DNA from: Vicugna vicugna
Lineage: Eukaryota
NCBI GenBank assembly: GCA_013265495.1
Contig: MU057781.1
Coordinates: forward strand, 682,001-746,000
Direction: 5' to 3'
Length of the DNA stretch: 64,000 bases
The translations under genes were made by a program, and so were the position numbers. Below are positions 1 through 9,754 of the stretch, one piece after another (the stretch's first letter is position 1; each line of letters opens with the position of its first letter). The notes beneath the pieces are model-generated. The model was not told the origin of the DNA and did no database searches. It was given only the letters and a program-made list of their open reading frames with translations.

Positions 1-929
1 CCCACCAGGAACTTGCTCGTGGTCAGCTCGGGCCAGGACGAGCCACCAGCACACAGCCCCTTCTCCCGCGGGCTTGAGTGCCATCAGCCCAGCAGTGCCA
101 AGTACAGATACCTGGTCTGACGGACCCAGTGGAGCCCTGGCTGCACCACAGCCCTGCTGTGTGACTTCAGGCAACTCCACACACTCTCCTGCTCTGTCGG
201 GCAGGAGGAAGTGGCTGCCCTCCCTGGAGGCAGCGCACGTCGTTGCCTTGCTGTGCTCAGCACGTGGTGAATGCCGTCACTGCTGCCGCCGGGAAGGGCT
301 GCTCTGGGGGCTCCGTGCTACTTCACGAGTGACATTTAGGCATTGCAAAATCATGGCCCAGTGTGGCTTACTGAACTCTGAAGTTGGGGGGGCACAACAA
401 TGGTCCACCTTCTAGTTTGACTAAGGAGATGCGTCATGTCAGACCCTTGGTCCTGCCTACCACTGGGGGCCCAGGCCGAGCAGGACGTATTTGTGGTTAT
501 GCCACCCACTCCTGCCAGTGCTGAGGCAAGTCGGCAGGTGTCATGTGAGGACAGACAGAGATGCTGCAGCCCCAGGCTGGAGCTGTGACCCCCCACAGGG
601 CGGGGCCCTGGATTGGCCATCTGAGCTGTGGGATGCAGGCGGGCCTGCGTGAGGGTGTGCTGGAGGAAGGCATGGCATTTACCGGTAACCTCAGGATGAG
701 TGTGCCTTCCCATCAGCAGCTCCACTCTGAATTCTTTCCCTGCACCTGGCAGATGCCGCAGGTGGTGTTTGGACATTGGATGTGAGGTTGCCAGCAGAGT
801 GGCAGGACAGTGCAGTGGCCACGTGCACCCCCAGTTTCCCCGGGGATTGGGTAGCACTGTTCAAGGGGTGTGCGGTCAGTGAGGCACGAGGGAAATCAGT
901 CCCGAGCACCGTTTGGGCAGGGTCACAGG

Positions 930-950
930 TCCAGCACCACGGACAGCGGC
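930..950 (+). promoter_or_regulatory. RE1/NRSE (REST-binding silencer) in DPYSL4 intron 3
   Basis: TCCAGCACCACGGACAGCGGC vs consensus TTCAGCACCACGGACAGCGCC: 19/21, both half-sites intact with the canonical 2-bp spacer. Confidence 0.85.
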
Positions 951-1240
951 GCCTCCCCTCCCCGTCCAGCCAGGCCTGTGTTGGAGGTTAAGGCCCTTAA
1001 CTGGCACTGTCTCTTTGGGGTGTTTCCATCAGGAAGTGAGGACCTCCTCTTTCCGCCCTTTGGCCACAAGTAAGGCAGGTCCACAGCAGCCCCAGCCCCA
1101 CTCAAGGTGCGAAGCCTCTCCTCTGCTTTCCTCAAACACATTCCCTGGTCCCCTGGAATAGGAAACCGCTCTCCCCCGGAGACCCAGGTGGTTCCCCGTG
1201 GCCGGGGTGGGGGCTCCGCTGACCATGCCGTCCCCCACAG

Positions 1241-1405
1241 TGGACCACGTGTTCCCTGACGCGGGCGTGAGCCTGCTGGCCGCCTACGAGCAGTGGCGGG
1301 AGCGCGCGGACAGCGGGGCCTGCTGTGACTACTCCCTGCACGTGGACCTTCCGCGCTGGCACGAGAGCATCAGGGAGGAGCTGGAGGCGCTGGTCAAGGA
1401 CAAGG
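1241..1405 (+). CDS. DPYSL4: DPYSL4 exon 4 (165 nt)
   Basis: ccacag|TG GAC CAC GTG ... AAG G|gtgagc; encodes [54 protein letters not shown]. Confidence 0.97.
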
Positions 1406-4400
1406 GTGAGCGGGGCTGCGGCTGAGTCGGGGCGGCTGCAGGGCCTGGGCTCTTCCGGCCTCGGGTGGGCTCTTGTCCATCTGACCCAGGGCGGGTGGCC
1501 GGGAACTAGGGGCAGTTGGACAAGAGCAATTTGAGGGCCTAGTCTACCCCACAAGGGTCTGGACTGAGAGGTCACCTGTGTCCCGTGTCTGGGGGTGCGT
1601 CCTGTGGCCGTTCTCCTTACAAGAGGACAGCCAGTCACAGCTGCCACCGGGGCCCACTTGTTCCTCAGCCCTGGGTGAGGGAAAGGTGCTCTGCGTCTCC
1701 CTAGCACCTGAAGACCCCTTAGAAGGAGAATGGCTTAGCCCCGCTGACCCCATCGCTGCCTCTGCTGAAATAGGACTGTTTATAAACACGGCTTAATTTT
1801 TTTTTTAAATCAAAAGTCCTGAATCTAAAACCACACCAGAGTTTATAGTGGACTTGATAGAAGTTAGATGGGTGTCATAACTGATCCCTGGTGATCAACT
1901 TCGAACGTGGTTGTAGCTTCCAGCCAGGAGGCGGAGGGAGGGTCAGGGCCTACGTGGGCTGGGAGGCCAGGACGGGCACGTGCTGGCCGCGGGGTGGGGG
2001 GAGGGGCCTGAGGAGAGTCTGTTGGGGGTGTGAGGGGCTAATGATGGTGCAGGAGTCGGGGGCCATGGGGGCGTTAGTGAGGGGCTGTGAGGGGTCTGAC
2101 CTGCGCTTCCCAACGGGGAACAATTGGTTCTTGACCCCAGAGCACAGGAGCAAGGGGGCTGGGCTGATTCCATCCCCTGTTCCTGCTGGTCAGGAGGGCC
2201 GAGGGCCCGAGGGCTGCCTACTGGCTGGTGAGCACCTCCCTGCTCCCAGGGAGGGCCACCACCCACCGCCCCTCTGAGACCCTCCTGCCTCCCCTCCAGG
2301 CGTGAACTCCTTCCTGGTCTTCATGGCGTACAAGGACAGGTACCAGTGCACAGACGGCCAGGTAAGGCCGGGTGCCGGGAGGGGGACAAGCAGGCATCTC
2401 GGGCTGCTGCCGGGAGACGTGGCCCCACGTGCCGGGCGCCTCTCTCCCTAGATGTACGAGATCTTCAGCGTCATCCGGGACCTGGGAGCCGTGGCCCAAG
2501 TGCATGCAGAGAATGGGGACATCGTGGAGGAGGTGCGGGCGATCACTCGGGCGTGAGCGCTGATCCCGAGAACCTGAGGGAGGGAGCCTTGAACCTGAGC
2601 CAGTAGATAGCTTCCCAGGTCAAAGGGCGTTAGGGAGCCCGGGGGCTTTGGCCATAGTAGGTTTTTCCATGATTATCACACTTCTTATCATAAATGCCCC
2701 CAAACCAAAGTGCGGCCGCGTGGAGGATCCTGAGGCCAGGGTTCCCGTGTCCTCCGCCCCCTGGGCTGAGGCCCCTCCGCAGCTGTTCCTTCTGCCCACG
2801 TGCGCATGGGCTGGGTTGGTGGTCCTGTCCTCGGTCACAGCCCTCCCAACTCCCACCTTCCCTGCGGCCCAGAACTGTGGGAGGGGCGCTTTCGGCCTCT
2901 GCCCTCACTCTTTGTTTTCCTGTCAGCTCCAGCGCCCACGGGTGCAGGCGAGGCGGGGCCCCAGGGAGGTTCCGGGGTTCCTGGGGGGTCACACACACAC
3001 AGCACACTTCCCTGACATTCGAGACCCACAGAGAGGCTTCCTGGAACAGGTCAGGCTCTGCCCCAACCCGCGATCAACAGGAAGGTGGAGACAGCCAGGG
3101 AGGGGCGCCTGGGGTTCAGGGCATGGGCGCTGCCTGTGACTCCAGGGCCCGAGGCCGCGGAACGTCGAGGGTCAAGCTCAGCATACAGGACCGTGGGCAG
3201 AGTGCCGGCGGGGACACCCCACGGTGCTGGGGGGGGGTTCTGCTCCCACACTCTCCACACCGAAGCTCGTTTCCACTAGAGGGGCTGAGGCCCAGGCCCT
3301 TGGGACGAGGGAGCCAGCGGAGGAAGCAGCCCCCACCCCTAACTGCAGACCCCCACATCACCCCAGACATGCAGCCACTGGGGAGACACAGGGCAGCGAG
3401 GCTGGGGGGTCTCGTCCCCTCCCTCAGGGACCTGCGGCCTTGGGCCAGGTCTTCCCCTCTGCAAGCCCTGTCCCCTCACCCATAATTTAGGGAGCTGGAG
3501 TCACTCCCCTTCCAGGTCACCCCTCTGCTCCATTCTGAGTTCTCTGTGGTTGGTGACTCTGGGGGCCTGGAAGTCAGGGCTCATCTTGGGGAACAGGACT
3601 CACATGAGAGGTCAGGAGGTCAGGGGTCACCTGAGAGGTCAGGGCCCAGGGCTCATCTTGGAGTTCAGGCCTCACGTAAGAGGTCAGGAGTCAGGACCCC
3701 TCTGGGGGAGCCATGGTCCTGGGCCGTGGACTTCGCGCCCAGGCGAGGCCCTTGGGCCCTGCTCCCCGGCTGGAACGAGGTACTCCGGTGTGTGTTTAGG
3801 AGCAGAAGCGGCTGCTGGAGCTCGGCGTCACCGGCCCTGAGGGCCACGTGCTCAGCCACCCCGAGGAGGTAGGAGTGACCTGCTCGGAGCGCTCCCCACA
3901 CCAGGGGTGGGAGCTGGCCCCTTGGCCCGGGCAGGGCTGTCATCCTGCTGCCCTCACCTGGGAGGTGTGAGTCAGACCCCCCCACCCCCGCTGTGACCCC
4001 GAGGCCTTTCTGCGAGGCTAGACGACCCTGGGTCTGGTGGGTCAGCCAGATTCTGGGCACCGAGCCCCGGCTGAGGGCCTCACCCGCCCCGGGTGCCCCT
4101 TCTGGGCCCCAGGGCCACACCCACCCCCCGTCAGGGGCCCCAGGGCCCTTGTGGAGCCTGAGCACCCTGGTCCCCAGGTGGAGGCTGAGGCCGTGTACCG
4201 CGCCGTCACCATCGCCAAGCAGGCCAACTGTCCCCTGTACGTCACCAAGGTCATGAGCAAGAGCGCGGCCGACGTGGTGGCCCGAGCCAAGCGCAGAGGT
4301 GAGCGTGGCAGGTGGGGTGCTGGGGTCAGCCCAGTCCTCAGCCTCCCAGGGCCCGGCTGGCTGGACCAAGGCCGTGTGCCCTCTGCCCCGGAGGCCCAGG

Positions 4401-7400
4401 TAGGAGGCGGTGGGTCAGTGAGAGAGTCCACGCATGCAGGCATGTGCAGGCATGGTGGGCAGTCAGCTGGCGGTGTCTCTCTGCAGGCCCCCTGCAGGGG
4501 TGTGAGGGCGCGGGTACAGAGGACCCACTGTGGGAGCCCCGGGCCGGGTGTCCCGGAAGCAGGGCATGAGCCATCCAGGGCCGGGAAGCAGAGGGGCAGT
4601 TGGGGCGTGAGCAGCACCGTGCTGAGGCCTGGCCCTGCTGGGGTCCGGGCGCACATGGGCCGCGGTGCCTCTCACTGCCTCACCGCAGGGGTGGTTGTGT
4701 TTGGGGAGCCCATCACCGCCAGCCTGGGCACCGACGGCTCGCACTACTGGAGCAAGAACTGGGCCAAGGCCGCGGCCTTCGTCACATCGCCCCCTATCAA
4801 CCCGGACCCCACCACGGCAGACCACCTCACCTCCCTGCTGTCCAGGTAGGGAGCTGCCCCTGCGGCCCCAGTGCCCTGACCCCTGCCGCTTGCAGCTCCA
4901 GGCCTCTCCCATTCAGAGAATCCACACCGATGTCCTTGCCCTCCAGTGCCCTGCACTCAGGCCCCAGCGCTGCCCTCTCTGACAGCCTCTGGCCCCCATG
5001 GGCCGTGTGGCCCGGGTTCGGGGTAGAGTGGAGCCAACAGGGCCTTTGCCAGTCAGGAAGGACAGGCCCCTGGGCTCCTCTGACCCTGGCTTTCCTCAGC
5101 GGGGACCTGCAGGTGACGGGCAGTGCCCACTGCACCTTCACCACTGCCCAGAAGGCTGTCGGCAAGGACAACTTCACACTCATCCCCGAGGGCACCAACG
5201 GCATTGAAGAGCGCATGTCCGTGGTCTGGGAGAAATGCGTGGTGGGTGCAGAAGTAGGGGCATGGGGTCCCCTCCACACTGGAATTCTGCCCGTTCATCA
5301 GAAAGGGAGGTCACTTGACCAGTGAATTCACTGAGTGGAGCAGAGTTTGGAGTGGGTGGGCCCCAGGGTGTCGCACCCTGCCCTCCATCCAGGGCTCCTC
5401 AGACATTTGTTTCTGGTCCCCCTGGAAAAGACCCCACAACGATGGGGTCCTAACATGGCCCTGGGGGAGCAGGGTCCCTGCCCCAGTAGAATTACACTCT
5501 GGGATGTCATGGTCTCCCCAGAAGGCCTGCCATTTCCTCAGACATCCATCTCACTTGGAGGGCCCTACCTGGGGGCCTCTGTCTGCATCCCCCAACCTTG
5601 GCCCTGAGTCCTTCCTGAGGCCCTGACCCTGGTTCCTGGCCACCCCAGGGGGACTGTCATGTCCCTCAGGAACACGGACATCTTTGTGGAAATGTCCGCG
5701 TTGACTTGCCTGCTTAGTGAGCAGCCTCGTGCCCAGGAAGGACCAGACCCGCAGGCGTCAGTGAGATGGACCCGTCGACTCGCAGGCAGCGGGTTCTGAT
5801 GCTGCCCGAGGCCTGGGGGACAGGGACCGCCTCCACACCAGAGCCCCAAGAGCAGCCCCACGTGGGGTCACCCAGGCCCTCCCTCCCCTCACCCAGGCCT
5901 TCTTGCTTCCCAGGCCTCGGGTAAGATGGACGAGAATGAGTTCGTCGCCGTGACCAGTACGAATGCTGCCAAAATCTTTAACTTCTACCCACGGAAGGGG
6001 CGGGTGGCTGTGGGCTCTGATGCTGACCTGGTTATATGGAACCCCAGGGCCACGAAAATCATCTCTGCCAAGAACCACAACCTGGTGAGAGACGCAGGTT
6101 CCATGTGGGGTCAGGCTGGGGTCCGGCTGGGAGCCACAGCGCTCCTGGGCAGGGGCAGCGGGGCGGGGAGGGCGCTGGGCGGGGCCTGCCCCGGCCGAGG
6201 GAAGGCTCCACAGGAACCCGCGGGGCTCCTGAGAACACGGCTTCCTCCTGAATCCCGCCCAGCCTGCGGGGTCCGAGAACGTGAGGACGCGGGCCAGCCC
6301 CGGGCTGAGGGCTACTGTCTCCCCAGAACGTGGAGTACAACGCCTTTGAAGGTGTTGAGTGCCGGGGAGTCCCCACGGTGGTCATCAGCCAGGGCCGGGT
6401 GGTGATGGAGGACGGGGCCCTATTCGTCACCCCCGGGGCTGGCCGCTTCATCCCCCGGAAGACCTTCCCGGACTTTGTCTACAAGAGGATAAAGGCTCGC
6501 AACAGGGTAAGGCATGAGCTGGGCAGGCGGGCAGGCATGGAGCTTTCGGGGCTCCCCTGGGTCTGCCGACGGCCTTGGGCAGGAAAACACAGCGGCCCCA
6601 CTGCTCCCGGCCGTGCTTAGCAGCGTTTTGCCTGCTGCATTACCAGGCAGCCCGTGTGGCCGTAGATAGCATGGGAGCGAGGCACATAAAGACCCCTAGT
6701 AGCCCCTCGCCAGGCCGACGTCCACTAAACCTGGCGGAGGCCTCCCGGGAGAGCCCGTGAGCAGGCGCGCACCTTGGTACAGTCAGCACTGAGGACGTGT
6801 GCTTTGCAGCGGCGCCTCTGAACTTGGAAGTGGGGAGCCCTTCTTCCCATGAGGGTTTGGCCAGCTGCCCGATGCCTCTGACAGGTGCCTGGGTGTCGCC
6901 CGGACCCTGTGCAGCAGGGGCGGCGAGTCAGGCACGAGCACACTCGTGCACACGCGGTTACTGTGCACACCGGTTTGCTTTTCCCAGCCCTGTTTCCAGT
7001 TTTCTAGGGTATCTGAACTGGAGGTGACGAGGGGTGGCTTTCGGGACAGGCTGTGAGCGGGTCCTGGGGGCCAGGCGTGCGTGGGTTTCTCCCTGGGAGA
7101 GTGGAGTCTGTCCTAACCAGACCCCGCTGCTCAGGCTGGCAGGGCCCTCGTGGCTGCCTCCCCAGGTCTGACCTGGGAGTGCTCCAGGGTTTGAGCAGGG
7201 CGAGAGGCAGGGGCCAGGGCCGAGGGCTGGGCACCCCGGCCGAGGGGAGAGGTCCAGGGCCCCCGTGGGCGCCGGCCACAGGCAGCTCTGTGAGGTGGCC
7301 GACCAGCCCGTGCGCAGCCACCGCACAGAGCAGGCAGAGGGGACCAGCTCATCACACACCCGGGGTGGTGGGGCCGGGTGCACACCCAGGTCCTCAGACT

Positions 7401-9030
7401 CCACACCCCACACTCGCTCCTGCCTGTGCCCCCGCCCCGCTGGGACTCCCGGCCGAGGGCAGGGTCAGGTCAGGACCCCAGGGGCGGGCTCAGGCCTAAG
7501 GTCGTGAGTGTGAACCACGAACCCCAGGGTGCTGCCAGCTGGAAACAAGAATTTCTGAAGGTTTTACTTCAACCCTCGGACAGTTCATCTGTCATGGGGG
7601 GCAACCCCCCAGGAAAGGGTGTCTGACTTTGGGGGCCATTCGTGGAGGACAGGGCCCGGGGCTTCCTGGGGACAGAGCGGGGCCTGCGTGGGGGCCGCGT
7701 GGAGACCGCGGGGCAGTGGGCGCTCAGGGGGCAGTGACTGCTGGGCCACTTTTTGATCCCAGAATGAGGCCTCCTCTGCTGGGCCTCCCGTCTGAGCAGC
7801 TCCTCCTGCTCAGGGCGCTGCTGCCCAGTTTGGGGGGGGGTGTGTGCGGGAAGGTGTGCCCACACTCGTGCAGGGGGAGGGGTGTGTCCATGTGTGTAGG
7901 AGGGAGCAGGGAGGTGCGTGTCCACACGGGTAGGAGGGAGGCGGAGGGAGGTGTGTGTCTGCACTTGGGGGACGCCCACATTAGGCGTCCAGCTGCGAGG
8001 GGAGCAGGCCAGGCCCTCTTCTTCCCGGGACCCCCGTCCTCCGCTGAGGGCCAGCCCAGCGCCCCCTCACGCCCAGCCCCCTCGGCCCACAGCTGGCGGA
8101 GATCCACGGAGTGCCCCGAGGCCTCTACGACGGGCCGGTCCACGAGGTGATGGTGCCCACCAAGCCGGGGGGCGGCGCCCAGGCCCGTGCAACCTGCCCC
8201 GGGAAGATCTCAGTCCCGCCTGTTCGCAACCTGCACCAGTCGGGGTTCAGCCTGTCTGGTGAGTTGAACCTGGGGGTGCCCAGCCTCTGTGGGACTCAAG
8301 GACCCCACGGAGTCCAGCCTCCCCGCCCTCGGGGCCCCAGCCCCAGGGCTGCGTGTGAGGCGCGTGAGGAAGGGGTCTGGGTCCGTGGGGGCTCTGGTGG
8401 GTGGGCTTTGCGTGCAGCCGCCAGGCTCGGGCCTCTGGTCAGGGTCTTGGCTGTGCTCCCAGCATGCTGAGGGGCACAGATTCTAAGGGAAGCACTGAGC
8501 ACCCAGGTCTCGCTGCAAACCAGAGCCAGACCCTCCTCCATCTCCCCAGCCCCTGGGTGGAGGCCAACCCACCCCCGATGTCCTGTCTCCTCCCTCTCTG
8601 GGAGGTGACGGCAGTCCCTGCTCCCCTCCTGGGGACGTAGGGCCAGGGCCAGATCCTCTTTGAAATGCAGTGTCGTCTTAAAGGCTAGGGTAGCCCTGGG
8701 CCATCAGGGGTCCCATGCGGGGCAAGACCCCCAGGAGGGACGGACAGGACGCACCTGGCCTGTGCTCCTCTGGACAGGCTTCTTGGAGGTTCCACCTTGA
8801 CCTCCAGTCTCTGGCCTCAGCCATGGCCGTCGGGGAGCGTGTGGGGAGTGGGGGCTCTGCAGTCCTGGGCTCAGGATGCGGCCAGCCTGTCTGTGTCCCC
8901 TCCCCGAGCTGCCGCTTCCACCCCCGCCATTTCCCCAGGATCTCAGGCCGATGACCACATCGCCCGACGCACGGCTCAGAAGATCATGGCGCCGCCCGGC
9001 GGGCGTTCCAACATCACCTCGCTGTCCTAG
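1241..9030 (+). CDS. DPYSL4: Dihydropyrimidinase-related protein 4 (CRMP3), 5'-partial spliced CDS, exons 4-14
   Basis: Eleven GT-AG exons (165,62,81,69,121,157,142,171,180,166,92 nt) join in one frame from [18 protein letters not shown] to [13 protein letters not shown]-stop. Sizes match the CRMP-family exon structure as I recall it, and the peptide matches CRMP3 (tail [22 protein letters not shown]). Confidence 0.98.
2300..2361 (+). CDS. DPYSL4: DPYSL4 exon 5 (62 nt)
   Basis: ctccag|GC GTG AAC TCC ... GGC CAG|gtaagg; [21 protein letters not shown]. Confidence 0.97.
2452..2532 (+). CDS. DPYSL4: DPYSL4 exon 6 (81 nt)
   Basis: ccctag|ATG TAC GAG ... GAG GAG|gtgcgg; [27 protein letters not shown]. 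Confidence 0.97.
3575..3696 (+). repeat. Degenerate 72-bp-period tandem duplication rich in AGGTCA nuclear-receptor half-sites (DPYSL4 intron 6)
   Basis: cagggctcatcttgg starts at 3575 and again at 3647; RGKTCA hexamers at 3609, 3617, 3624, 3636, 3662, 3681. Confidence 0.7.
3800..3868 (+). CDS. DPYSL4: DPYSL4 exon 7 (69 nt)
   Basis: gtttag|GAG CAG AAG ... GAG GAG|gtagga; [23 protein letters not shown] (absent from the ORF track). Confidence 0.96.
4178..4298 (+). CDS. DPYSL4: DPYSL4 exon 8 (121 nt)
   Basis: ccccag|GTG GAG GCT ... AGA G|gtgagc; [40 protein letters not shown]. Confidence 0.97.
4689..4845 (+). CDS. DPYSL4: DPYSL4 exon 9 (157 nt)
   Basis: ccgcag|GG GTG GTT ... TCC AG|gtaggg; [52 protein letters not shown]. 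Confidence 0.97.
5100..5241 (+). CDS. DPYSL4: DPYSL4 exon 10 (142 nt)
   Basis: cctcag|C GGG GAC ... TGC GTG|gtgggt; [47 protein letters not shown]. Confidence 0.97.
5914..6084 (+). CDS. DPYSL4: DPYSL4 exon 11 (171 nt)
   Basis: tcccag|GCC TCG GGT AAG ATG ... AAC CTG|gtgaga; [57 protein letters not shown]. Confidence 0.97.
6327..6506 (+). CDS. DPYSL4: DPYSL4 exon 12 (180 nt)
   Basis: ccccag|AAC GTG GAG ... AAC AGG|gtaagg; [60 protein letters not shown]. Confidence 0.97.
8093..8258 (+). CDS. DPYSL4: DPYSL4 exon 13 (166 nt)
   Basis: ccacag|CTG GCG GAG ... TCT G|gtgagt; [55 protein letters not shown]. Confidence 0.97.
8939..9030 (+). CDS. DPYSL4: DPYSL4 exon 14, coding part (92 nt, TAG at 9028-9030)
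   Basis: ccccag|GA TCT CAG ... CTG TCC TAG; [30 protein letters not shown]. Confidence 0.97.
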
Positions 9031-9633
9031 GTGCCGCGGGCCGGCGCGTGGGTGCTGCCCTGGGGGCCAGGCCCCCTCCCCGCCCCCGTCACTGTCCCTC
9101 CGTTGAACCTACTTTCAAAGGTGCTTGGCCTTACCTTCCCCTCCCCAGAAACAGTCCTCCTGGGGTCCCAGTCCTGTCACAAGGAGCCCCCACAGGACAG
9201 GCTGAGCTGGGGGGTTACTCTGCCAGGGCGAGGGGACAGCTCAGGTGGCCCTGAGCCCAGGTGCTGGGGCTTCGGGATCCCGGGGCGGCTGGGCCAGGCC
9301 GAAAGGCTGCGGGTGCAGTGCCCTTGTCCCCGACACGAGTCACTGCCCCTCAAAGCCCCCAGCCCTTCCTCCTGCTCCCGGATGGAGGAGCAGCCTGTCC
9401 CCGCTGTCCGCCCCGCGCAGGGAGGCGTGCCCCCCTCCCCGCCCCCACTGGAGCTGCCGTGACTTCAGGGACCTGCCAGGAACAGTGTAGGGCAGCCTCC
9501 GGCGGGACTTCCGCAGACTCGTCTGCACACCTCCCAGGACCAAACCTCTGCTTCCATAGGGCCCGTCTCCAGGGAACCTTAGGACCCTTTGGCTAAGATG
9601 CATTTCTTCACTATTAAGTGTGCATTCCAGTAG

Positions 9634-9639
9634 TTTATT
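9634..9639 (-). terminator. Candidate distal STK32C polyadenylation signal AATAAA
   Basis: tttatt on +; first canonical minus-strand hexamer I found downstream of the STK32C stop, 2.2 kb away. Confidence 0.35.
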
Positions 9640-9748
9640 AGAGCAACAGTTTTGTGTGGTGAGGACACCTGGAGCCAGGAACCCGCATGCCACCCGCAGC
9701 CCAGCGGCCTCACCGGCGCTGTGCCTGAGTCCCACGTGAATCAGGTCG

Positions 9749-9754
9749 ATTAAA
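9749..9754 (+). terminator. Probable DPYSL4 polyadenylation signal ATTAAA
   Basis: Only AWTAAA hexamer I found on + between the DPYSL4 stop and the STK32C stop; GU-rich gcgtgtgg ~25 nt downstream. Confidence 0.6.
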
